Notes under the pieces: generated by a model
The model's input: only the letters and a program-made list of their open reading frames with translations
The model's database searches: none
Told to the model about the DNA's origin: nothing
Source of the DNA: a candidate division WOR-3 bacterium
GTDB taxonomy: Bacteria; Hydrothermota; Tepidihabitantia; SM23-42; JAOAFX01
Assembly (NCBI GenBank): GCA_039802265.1
Contig: JBDRWI010000004.1
Span: 1-61,206 of the forward strand
Length of the DNA stretch: 61,206 nucleotides
Reading direction: 5' to 3'
Program-made: the position numbers and the translations under genes
Shown: positions 1-8,458 of the stretch, piece by piece
Layout of the letters: each line of letters opens with the position of its first letter
How positions within the stretch are numbered: the first letter of the stretch is position 1

Positions 1-15
1 GGTTTATTTTAATCT

Positions 16-54
16 TCCTCCCCCTTTGATGGGGGAGAATAAAGGTGGGGGTGA
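16..54 (-). repeat. REP-like palindromic element
   Basis: Minus strand reads tcacccccacctttattctcccccatcaaagggggagga, with stem ctccccc/gggggag. Same architecture as 41520-41556 and 50534-50554. Confidence 0.55.
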
Positions 55-209
55 AAAATAAGGCTGGCGTCCAAGGATAAAATAATAATAAAGCGATTAA
101 AGCGGGGGATAAAACGATGGAGGTAATAAAAAAATGAGCGCTTCGCAAATGACGGAAAATGCGGTGTTTCGGAATTTCCGAACACCCACTTCTTGATAAA
201 GGAGGTAAA

Positions 210-2852
210 ATGGTCAAATCTTTTAAGTTATGCCTTTTATTACTATTGCTTGGTGGCATAGGTCTTGCAAAAAGCAGTCCCAAATCCTTGCTTAGAGCCA
301 CCGGCAATGAACATCACCACAATTATAGAAACCCGGACTTAGATACAATCTTCATTGATGACCTTGAATCCGGTGCTGTGGGCTGGACATTTCAGGACCT
401 TACAGTTCAAGATACATTCTGGCATATCTCGGATACAAATGCCTACATAGGACATTCCTTCTGGTGCGGCACAAGAACGAAACCCGACTGGGTAAATCAA
501 GAACTGGGCTATGGTGATGAGTGGGCACAGTTTTTAATATCACCACCAATTGATTTGACAAGTGTAAGCGGCGACTCGGTACTTTTGAGGATGTGGCAAC
601 GGCCTTCCTGTGAATATGCCTCAGGCGGCTATCCTGGTCCACAATGGGATGCCTGGGACTGCCTAACTGCCTGGGTATCAACCGATGATGGAACTACCTG
701 GAAACCGCTCTTTCCTGATACAATTAGATATCCCGGATGGAATTATAATGCCTTTGCAAGTTGGGCATGGTACTGGAATATGCTCGTTGGAGAGTATGAT
801 TCAATACCAGGCTGGGGACTGGGTCCAATATCTGACTGGTATGAAATTGGCTTTGACCTGACACCATATAAAGATAGCATTATAAGAGTAAGATTCAGTG
901 GTGTATCTGACCCGGCTGAATCAGACCAGAGTGGAAGCGGTGCTTATTATGGAATGTGGTATATTGATGAAATTCAGGTCTATGATAATTTAAATAATAC
1001 CTATTTCTATGAAGACTGTGAATCCGGGATGGGCGAATGGATAGCAAAACCAAGGGACCCAATTGGCAATTTCTGGCACCTTACTACATTTGAGTACCAT
1101 ACACCCACCCATTCATTCTATTCAGGTGACCCCAATACCCATCAATTGCCCCTTGTTGGTTCATACTGTGCTCTTGTATCACCACCGATTGATCTATCCA
1201 AGGTATCATCATCAGACAGTTGCATCATAGACTTCTATATCAACTTTGAATATAACGACCCTTACGATGACTATGGACAGGGTTATTTGATAGAAGTCAC
1301 CTCAGACGGCGGCCAGACCTGGACCAATATCTATTTACCCTATACCGGTTCAAACTATTTCTTCACTGGTTCTACTGGTGATCAATGGTTCTCCCATAAT
1401 GAACTATGGGAATACTACGGTCTAATGCCGATGATGTTGAATTACTGGGTTGGTTATAGTGTGCAGGTGAGGATTGTTAGCTTCAACCGGAGGTTTGCCA
1501 ATCCGGGTTACGGACTCTACCTTGATGATATCATCGTCACTGGAAAATATATAGAATTTCCCAGACCCCAGCAGGTCCTAATCTTTGATGATGACATCGG
1601 TGCGCTTGATACCTGGGGATTTGGCTGGGAAAAATACTATGAATCAGCCATCGCCAATCTTGGCTATACCTTTCTTACCATAAATGAAGTTGACCAGGGA
1701 ATCCCTGATTCTTTGTATATGCGCAAGAATGGAATGGTAATCTGGAATCTCGGACCAAAGGGATTGCGCTATGGCGCTGAACCCATTGCAGGTAGGGCAT
1801 TAAATCAAATTATTGGTTATCTCAGGATGGGTGGAAAGATTTTGCTTGTGGGACAGGACTACCTTTATGACAACTTCCCCAATCCATTTGCGGATTCAAT
1901 CCTTTCTATTATTAACTATAATGAAGCAACCGGTTGTGATACAATCATTGGAATAATTGGTGACCCGATAAGTAATGGTTTAAACTATCCCCTGGACTTT
2001 ACTCACCTTGATGGCAACACCTATGGAATTGACTTTGTGGATGGGCTTATAAGTAATGCCCAGCCGGTATTTTATACAAACCGAACCTACCAGCCAATTA
2101 TGCTTAAAAAGAGCGGAGACTATCGCCTGCTATTTGCTACATTCCCAATCGAGGCAATTACCCATGCACCAATGCGCGATACCTTATTAAGGAGAATTAT
2201 CAACTGGTTTGACCCTTATCCACCTGCGCCTTTTCTTACCGAGGCAATCTCCATTCCAGCCGGCGTAAAATTGTTCTGGCTTAAGAATCCACCTTCGGAC
2301 CTTGCTGGTTATAATGTCTATCGGGCAAGAAATGAAAATGGTCCATTTATGATAATTGCCTCACTTTCTGCCTCAGAAACGACTTATGTTGACAATATGG
2401 TGATTGAAGATTCTACTTACTATTATGGAATAAAGGCTTATGACTATTCAATCCAGGAGAGTGGAATGTCAAATATTATTGAGATAACCTATCATGTTGG
2501 AATTGACGAAACCAACAAACGCGCCACGCCGGGCGCCTTAAACCTGGTGGTCTATCCCAATCCATTTCGTGAGAAAACAGAAATCAGATACGAGATAGGA
2601 GATATGGGCAACTATATGCCTGTTTATCCAATATCCCATATCTCACATCGCCCATCATTCAGTATAAAAATCTACGATGCAACTGGCAGGTTGGTCAAGA
2701 ATTTTTCACGGTTAACGGTTAACGGTCAACGGTCAACGGTTGTCTGGTCTGGTGAGGATGATTTAGGTCGCAACCTCCCGGCAGGTATTTACTTTGTGCG
2801 GTTTGAAGCCGGTGAGTTCAACAGAATAGAAAAAGCGATATTATTGAGATAA
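210..2852 (+). CDS. Secreted protein: two MAM/immune-inhibitor-A-like beta-sandwich repeats, an alpha/beta domain, FN3 and a C-terminal T9SS/FlgD-Ig sorting domain
   Basis: AAGGAGG precedes ATG 210 (the ORF-track start at 159 is an extension). Hydrophobic signal peptide; repeated FxDDxESG..W..FWH..LxSPPIDL; FN3 motif GYNVYRA..YYYGIKAYD; CTD VYPNPF..IYDATGRLV..W.G.D..GIYFVR. Confidence 0.8.
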   Translation: MVKSFKLCLLLLLLGGIGLAKSSPKSLLRATGNEHHHNYRNPDLDTIFIDDLESGAVGWTFQDLTVQDTFWHISDTNAYIGHSFWCGTRTKPDWVNQELGYGDEWAQFLISPPIDLTSVSGDSVLLRMWQRPSCEYASGGYPGPQWDAWDCLTAWVSTDDGTTWKPLFPDTIRYPGWNYNAFASWAWYWNMLVGEYDSIPGWGLGPISDWYEIGFDLTPYKDSIIRVRFSGVSDPAESDQSGSGAYYGMWYIDEIQVYDNLNNTYFYEDCESGMGEWIAKPRDPIGNFWHLTTFEYHTPTHSFYSGDPNTHQLPLVGSYCALVSPPIDLSKVSSSDSCIIDFYINFEYNDPYDDYGQGYLIEVTSDGGQTWTNIYLPYTGSNYFFTGSTGDQWFSHNELWEYYGLMPMMLNYWVGYSVQVRIVSFNRRFANPGYGLYLDDIIVTGKYIEFPRPQQVLIFDDDIGALDTWGFGWEKYYESAIANLGYTFLTINEVDQGIPDSLYMRKNGMVIWNLGPKGLRYGAEPIAGRALNQIIGYLRMGGKILLVGQDYLYDNFPNPFADSILSIINYNEATGCDTIIGIIGDPISNGLNYPLDFTHLDGNTYGIDFVDGLISNAQPVFYTNRTYQPIMLKKSGDYRLLFATFPIEAITHAPMRDTLLRRIINWFDPYPPAPFLTEAISIPAGVKLFWLKNPPSDLAGYNVYRARNENGPFMIIASLSASETTYVDNMVIEDSTYYYGIKAYDYSIQESGMSNIIEITYHVGIDETNKRATPGALNLVVYPNPFREKTEIRYEIGDMGNYMPVYPISHISHRPSFSIKIYDATGRLVKNFSRLTVNGQRSTVVWSGEDDLGRNLPAGIYFVRFEAGEFNRIEKAILLR
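2585..2741. repeat. 7-nt-period repeats inside the CTD coding region
   Basis: cagatac-gagatag-gagatat with inverted partner cccatatctc (2599-2608 vs 2635-2644); acggtta-acggtta-acggtca-acggtca-acggtt at 2708-2741. Confidence 0.8.
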
Positions 2853-2938
2853 TCAAATATGGCTAATGGGTTGGGGGCTTGGATAAAAACTAAATTCTTA
2901 ACCTTAGCCCTTAGACGATTTTGTTATAAGGAGGCATC

Positions 2939-5827
2939 ATGAAAAGGGTAATTATATTAACTGGATTTGTTATTGGACTTATCTGGTCTCAGGGTAGCCT
3001 TGAATTGCTAACAAATCTCGTCGGTCCATCTGGTGGTTTTGGACGGGTTGTGCTTGGAGGGGTTGATATAAATGGCGGAGGCATTGCGGATGTTGTTGTC
3101 GGTGCCTATGACGAGGATGCGGTCTATATCTATTATGGTGAAAACTTTGATGATGTGGCAGATTTGAAATTGAATGGTGAAAATGGCAACTGGGCCGGTG
3201 ACTATTTTGGCTATGCATTGAGTTTCTGTCCGGATATAAATGGTGATACCTATCCGGAGCTGATTGTGGGTGCACCATACTATCCCTACTGGGGAATGAG
3301 CGGCAAGGTCTATGTCTATTATGGAGGTCCGACGATTGATGACATCCCGGACCTTACATTCTCCAGTCCAACCGGTACCCAAGAACAGTTTGGTTTTTCC
3401 ATTGCCTGTGGTGGTTGCTCAAGTCTTTCCCCAGATATTGCAATTGGTGCACCTAACTACACTGAAGGTGGATATACCCTGGGCCGGGTCTATCTCTTCG
3501 TTGACCCGAATAGCGCTCCAGATACGCTTATCTTACAGGGACAACCAACCTGGGGATTTGAATACTTTGGCTGGTCTGTGGCAATTGGACCAATGGATGG
3601 AAATGCAAACCCTTATGATGAACTATTGGTTGGTGCTCCTTATTCCGACTTTTATGCCGGACGCGCATTCTTATACTATGGCGGCTCGCCAATGGATACC
3701 GTACCGGACTTAATCTGGCTTGGTACAACGGGCACCACCGAATGCCTTGGCTATTCAGTCGCTGCGATCGGTGATATAAGTGGGGACATGCTCGGTGACT
3801 TCGCAATAGGAATGCCTTATCGCTCAGCCGGTGCAACCTATGACGGCGAAGTCTATTTAATCCTTGGGAAATCACCGCAGGATACTACACCTGACTATAA
3901 GATTCACGGAAATAGAACAGACTATGAATACTTTGGAATTTCTATAAATACGGTGCGTGATATCGGCAGCGATGGAATCTGGGACCTCGGGGTTTCGGCA
4001 ACGAACTGGAATAACAGCATTGGCCGGGTCTACATTTTTATCACACCATTTGATACAATGTACGATGCCTTCGCCAATAATCCTGGCAGCTGGGGAACAA
4101 ACTATGGAATTTCAATTTCGGGCTGTGGAGATTTGAATAACGATGGTCTGGGTGATATGATCGTTGGCTCTGATGGACAGAATACCGCCTATGTTTATAA
4201 AGGCAAAGCAGATTTTATCCTTCCGGTCTTTGATAGTGTCACGGTAATTACCGATACTACATTTACCGGACCATTTCTAATCTCCTCAATAATCTATGAC
4301 CCGAATGGAACAATTACTACGGATTCTATCTACTACAATGTTAACTATTCAGGCTATGTCGCCACGGGTCATGATAGTGTGTCGGGAAATAGATACTTCT
4401 TCCACATTCCAGAACAACCGCCTCCAACAAATACACCAACGACCATTCAATGGTATCTTATGGCATACGATGGCTCAAACATCGCCTATTCTCCCCATCT
4501 CGGACCCGACTCTTCATATCAGTTCAAAATTGTTGACCTCAATGCACCATTGATTACTAATGTAACGCTGTGGCCCGATACCAACTATATTGGTCCATAT
4601 CGCATTACCTGCAATGCTCAAGACGATGCTGGAATTGGTTATGTAAAACTCTATTATTACACTTCTGACGGGCTGACCGGCTTTTTGCCAATGTTTCCTA
4701 CTGGCATACCAAATCAGTACTCTGCTTCAATACCGGTTCAGAATACCGGAAAATTCATTGCCTACCGCATTGAGGCCGCTGATGCCTTTCAGCCTCCTAA
4801 TATTGGCTATAAACCCGAAGACACTCCTACCTGTTATGCATTTGCCAATGGACCAATCTCAGCAAAGATCCTGCTTGTTGATGCAGATAATGGTGATTCA
4901 ATTGAATTCTATTATAAAAGGGTGCTTGACTCTTTGGGCTATGCTTATATATACTGGCCAGATTCCTGGGGCAAACCAAGATATGCCTTTGAAAATCCGA
5001 ATATCTTTAAGGTCATAATCTGGTTTACATCACTCTCTGCCTCAAAGATTTTGATCCAGGAAGATATGGACAGTTTGATTTCATTCTTCAATCGCGGTGG
5101 CAGACTCTTTATTTCAAGTCAGAATCTTGGTGAAGATATTGGGAATACTCCATTCTATCAGAACTGGCTCCACGCCCAGTTCTTAAATCCCACCTTCAAT
5201 GTGCCATTTGCCCATGCGGTGCCTGGAGATTCGGTCAGTGATTTGGCAAAGGATACAATTGCCTTAGGTGGTGCCGGTGGTGCAAATAATGCAACGAGTA
5301 AAGACAGAATAAGACCGGATTCCTATGCCGATTCAGTATATGTCGTCAATGACAGTGGTGCCTGTTATGCAATAAAATATAAAGACCCTGACCCGGGGGG
5401 CTATCGGTTAGTATATTTCTCTGTTCCCTTTGAGGCAATTGATGCCAGCCCGTATATGTTTGCCCAGCAAGGAATGATAATGGCAAGTATCTTGAGATGG
5501 TTTGGTGTATTTCCGGGTATTGCGGAGGAAGGAGAAATGGAGAAAGGATTAAAGTTTTCCCTTGGTCCCCTAATGCCCAATCCTACAACCGGTCTGGTTC
5601 GTATTCAATATACCATCGGTACTGAGGAAGAAATTTCTTTGAAGGTCTATGACCCGAGCGGAAGGCTGGTAAAGACCCTAATAAAAGGAGCGGCAGAACC
5701 AGGTATCCACCATACTCAATGGAATGGCACCGATTCCCAGAATAGAAAGGTCGCCAGTGGAGTTTATTTCTTGGTTCTTGAGAATTCTAAGGAATTTCTG
5801 AAGGAGAAGATAGTCATAACAAGATAG
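2939..5827 (+). CDS. Secreted FG-GAP (integrin-alpha-like beta-propeller) repeat protein with C-terminal T9SS/FlgD-Ig domain
   Basis: Repeated FG.S/A..GDxNGDG..DxxVGAP motifs; AAGGAGG RBS; CTD PNP..VYDPSGRLVKTL..WNGTD..SGVYF. Confidence 0.85.
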   Translation: MKRVIILTGFVIGLIWSQGSLELLTNLVGPSGGFGRVVLGGVDINGGGIADVVVGAYDEDAVYIYYGENFDDVADLKLNGENGNWAGDYFGYALSFCPDINGDTYPELIVGAPYYPYWGMSGKVYVYYGGPTIDDIPDLTFSSPTGTQEQFGFSIACGGCSSLSPDIAIGAPNYTEGGYTLGRVYLFVDPNSAPDTLILQGQPTWGFEYFGWSVAIGPMDGNANPYDELLVGAPYSDFYAGRAFLYYGGSPMDTVPDLIWLGTTGTTECLGYSVAAIGDISGDMLGDFAIGMPYRSAGATYDGEVYLILGKSPQDTTPDYKIHGNRTDYEYFGISINTVRDIGSDGIWDLGVSATNWNNSIGRVYIFITPFDTMYDAFANNPGSWGTNYGISISGCGDLNNDGLGDMIVGSDGQNTAYVYKGKADFILPVFDSVTVITDTTFTGPFLISSIIYDPNGTITTDSIYYNVNYSGYVATGHDSVSGNRYFFHIPEQPPPTNTPTTIQWYLMAYDGSNIAYSPHLGPDSSYQFKIVDLNAPLITNVTLWPDTNYIGPYRITCNAQDDAGIGYVKLYYYTSDGLTGFLPMFPTGIPNQYSASIPVQNTGKFIAYRIEAADAFQPPNIGYKPEDTPTCYAFANGPISAKILLVDADNGDSIEFYYKRVLDSLGYAYIYWPDSWGKPRYAFENPNIFKVIIWFTSLSASKILIQEDMDSLISFFNRGGRLFISSQNLGEDIGNTPFYQNWLHAQFLNPTFNVPFAHAVPGDSVSDLAKDTIALGGAGGANNATSKDRIRPDSYADSVYVVNDSGACYAIKYKDPDPGGYRLVYFSVPFEAIDASPYMFAQQGMIMASILRWFGVFPGIAEEGEMEKGLKFSLGPLMPNPTTGLVRIQYTIGTEEEISLKVYDPSGRLVKTLIKGAAEPGIHHTQWNGTDSQNRKVASGVYFLVLENSKEFLKEKIVITR

Positions 5828-5884
5828 AACACCATCAGGGGATTCACCCCTGAAACCCATATACAGGGTTATAAGAGCTTTATG

Positions 5885-5920
5885 AAGGGCGTCTTACCCT
5901 ACCGGGCAAGACGCCCTTTT
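5885..5920. terminator. Intrinsic terminator between convergent genes
   Basis: aagggcgtctt-accctaccgggc-aagacgccctt hairpin followed by T residues. Confidence 0.75.
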
Positions 5921-5924
5921 ATTA

Positions 5925-8246
5925 CTACTTAATCAACACAACCTTCTGCTGCTGAACCTCATCCGGAAGGTGTAAGAAGACAAAGTAAATTCCCTGGGGC
6001 AGTTTTGTCAAAGAAAGCGATTCCTTATATTCACCCTTCCTGTAGAATCTATTTTCTGAATGAATCAGGGCACCAAGGACATTATACACCTTTAATTCCA
6101 CCAAACCCGGTTTAGATAGAGTTAGTGTATAATTAAGAAAACCTTTGGTCATTGTAGGAATCCGTGCCGTGCTGTGTAAAATCACCTCAGATTGCTTTAC
6201 CTCTTCAGCCACTCCTACCTGGAGATTTGATACATCACCGGTAATCACAATCGCATAAGGTTGATTTGCCCCGGTTGGAACATTCCTTCCCCTTACCCAG
6301 GCTGTCCAGGTTCCAGTTGCCGGTGAGTTTAGACGGAAGTTCTCTTCTACATTATTTGAATCCCTTGAACCACCGGTTGCGGATTGACCACCGGAATAGT
6401 AATTTCCCCAGTAGGAAGTGCCCGAAGGACTGACCACCCTGAGGTCAAGGTCATTCACCTGAGGTCGGGCAGCCGATGGATTTCCCGCGGTGTCGGTCCA
6501 GCAGAGTGTCACCCGCAATGGAATTGAACTGCTCACGGTCCACGAATATACTACACTGTCATTGGTATTCAAGCCACCTGAGGCAGAGTCATGGAGGAGT
6601 AGTTTTTTTGTCTCACCGGTGAAATATAAAACACTATCAAGATCAATCCTTCCCCAGCCAATATCATTATCCGGCACAGTAAAGCCGCTAATATTCGGGT
6701 CTGTAGAGACTACTGCCAATGCCTTGAGGAGCGCAGCTGATGGATTTGCTATTGCATTACCCGGTACCTCAGAACCAGTTGGATAAAATCCGCGATTCAG
6801 GTATTCCCTTATCAAGCCAACTGCACCACAGGTCGCCGGTGATGCCATACTTGTTCCAGACATCTGGAAATAACTGCTTCCTGAACCTGATGTCCCGCCG
6901 TTTGCTGAATATAAACCAGGGTCTGCCGTGGTGTTTAATCCACCAGGTGCCATTATTGTCGGTTTGTATCTGCCATCATCAGTTAGTCCCCTTGATGAAT
7001 AACTGGCAATCGTTGTCGGACTTGACCTGCCTACTGCACCAATGGTCAGGGCACTCTTGGCATCTCCAGGGCTTGAGGTGGTCCCGGCTGAAGGACCAGA
7101 ATTACCAGCAGATATTACCAAGAGACAGTTCTTCCTCCGCCACATAAACTGATCGGTCTGGGCATCCATTGTTTCGTAATCGCCATCCGGATACATCTCT
7201 CCCCAGGAGTTTGATACAATCCTTGCACCATAGGCATAACTTGTATCCCAGAGCTGATTAAGGTCTGCCCAGATGCTCAAACCACCGGAATAGCCAATGT
7301 CCACAAAGGAGAGTTTACATAATTTTGCAATGCCATCATAGGATGATGTCCCGCCATTGTAGGAGTCATCGCCACAGACCGTGCCGGCGGTATGTGTTCC
7401 ATGCCAGTAGTTTGCCGATTCATCACCAAATGTCGCTGAACTGCCACCCCGGCTGTAGTTGACAATCTTTCGGTGATTTGGATAACTGCCCCAGGTAGTA
7501 ATCGGATAAGAGGCATCATAGAATGCCCAGTGGCCTGTAGTAATACCTGAATCGGTCGTGCCTAAAATCTGATTCTGCCCCTTAATCCCCTTTGCCCAGA
7601 TTGTAGTGTCAGCGGTTGTGCTACCTGCCTGGACCGTGCGGGTGGTCAAGTTGTTATGGAGTCTGATTTCATCGCGCTCTTCTATCCAGTGGATTCCCTT
7701 AATATTTGCCAGGGCATCCAACTGCCCTGGACTTACCTCGGCGATTATCCACTTGCTTACATAATCCGAAACCTCCAGTACCCTTGCCCCAGTGCTATTT
7801 ATTCCTGCCAGAACATCATTCAGGTCTTCGGTATCATAGACAAGCATTATTACCTTAATAATTCCCGCCTTATTTCTCAATTCGGGATGAATCTTATAGG
7901 CAGGATGCCAGAGTCCAATCCAGTTAACAAAGGATTTTTGACTCAGAAGTTCCTTTTGAAACCTGTCGATCCTGACGATGTAGGCATAATCAGGAAGATA
8001 GCCAAGGACATAGACCCCGCTATTTTTTAACTCATCCTTCCATTCCTTCAGAATCGGACCCTTGAACTGAACAATGTAGTAGTTGTAGAATTCTTCTTTT
8101 GCCACAAGATTCAAGGGCAGATTCGGTTCACCATTTTTTGGGTCAAACTGATAGGTCTTTAGCCGAATCATCTGACCCTGGGCAATGGACACACCCAGTA
8201 TAACCAACAACACTATCACCCGGCTATTCTTTTTGATAAGTTCCAT
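5925..8246 (-). CDS. Secreted S8 subtilisin-family serine peptidase with PPC-like domain and CTD
   Basis: Catalytic motifs DSG, HGTHTAG, SAGN and GTSMASP; VNDLDL; C-terminal VYNVLG..GIYFV. Confidence 0.92.
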   Translation of the reverse strand: MELIKKNSRVIVLLVILGVSIAQGQMIRLKTYQFDPKNGEPNLPLNLVAKEEFYNYYIVQFKGPILKEWKDELKNSGVYVLGYLPDYAYIVRIDRFQKELLSQKSFVNWIGLWHPAYKIHPELRNKAGIIKVIMLVYDTEDLNDVLAGINSTGARVLEVSDYVSKWIIAEVSPGQLDALANIKGIHWIEERDEIRLHNNLTTRTVQAGSTTADTTIWAKGIKGQNQILGTTDSGITTGHWAFYDASYPITTWGSYPNHRKIVNYSRGGSSATFGDESANYWHGTHTAGTVCGDDSYNGGTSSYDGIAKLCKLSFVDIGYSGGLSIWADLNQLWDTSYAYGARIVSNSWGEMYPDGDYETMDAQTDQFMWRRKNCLLVISAGNSGPSAGTTSSPGDAKSALTIGAVGRSSPTTIASYSSRGLTDDGRYKPTIMAPGGLNTTADPGLYSANGGTSGSGSSYFQMSGTSMASPATCGAVGLIREYLNRGFYPTGSEVPGNAIANPSAALLKALAVVSTDPNISGFTVPDNDIGWGRIDLDSVLYFTGETKKLLLHDSASGGLNTNDSVVYSWTVSSSIPLRVTLCWTDTAGNPSAARPQVNDLDLRVVSPSGTSYWGNYYSGGQSATGGSRDSNNVEENFRLNSPATGTWTAWVRGRNVPTGANQPYAIVITGDVSNLQVGVAEEVKQSEVILHSTARIPTMTKGFLNYTLTLSKPGLVELKVYNVLGALIHSENRFYRKGEYKESLSLTKLPQGIYFVFLHLPDEVQQQKVVLIK

Positions 8247-8327
8247 ATAAAACCTCCTTTTTTAATTTTCAAATCTTTTCACTAAAGTTTTTTTCGCAAA
8301 CACCTCCTTCGTTGTTATAGCGAAAAC

Positions 8328-8355
8328 ATTATATTCAAATACCAGTCTGTGTCAA
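8328..8355 (-). promoter_or_regulatory. sigma70-type promoter of the S8 peptidase gene
   Basis: TTGACA-N16-TATAAT on the minus strand. Confidence 0.75.
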
Positions 8356-8380
8356 GGTTTAAGTCTCAGACCATTTTTAT

Positions 8381-8403
8381 GCAAGGCTAAAGCCTTGCCC
8401 TAC
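8381..8403 (-). repeat. GTAG-type REP-like palindrome
   Basis: Minus strand gtagg-gcaaggct-tt-agccttgc: a GTAG tetranucleotide plus an 8-bp perfect stem. Confidence 0.55.
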
Positions 8404-8458
8404 AACCTTTGGAAAAATAACTTCCCGATAGATCATTATATGGACTTAAGACATATCA

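Noticed and set aside
8262..8312. Second perfect SD upstream of the S8 gene suggesting a leader peptide
   Set aside because: No start codon at suitable spacing; the candidate ORFs are only 5-6 codons.
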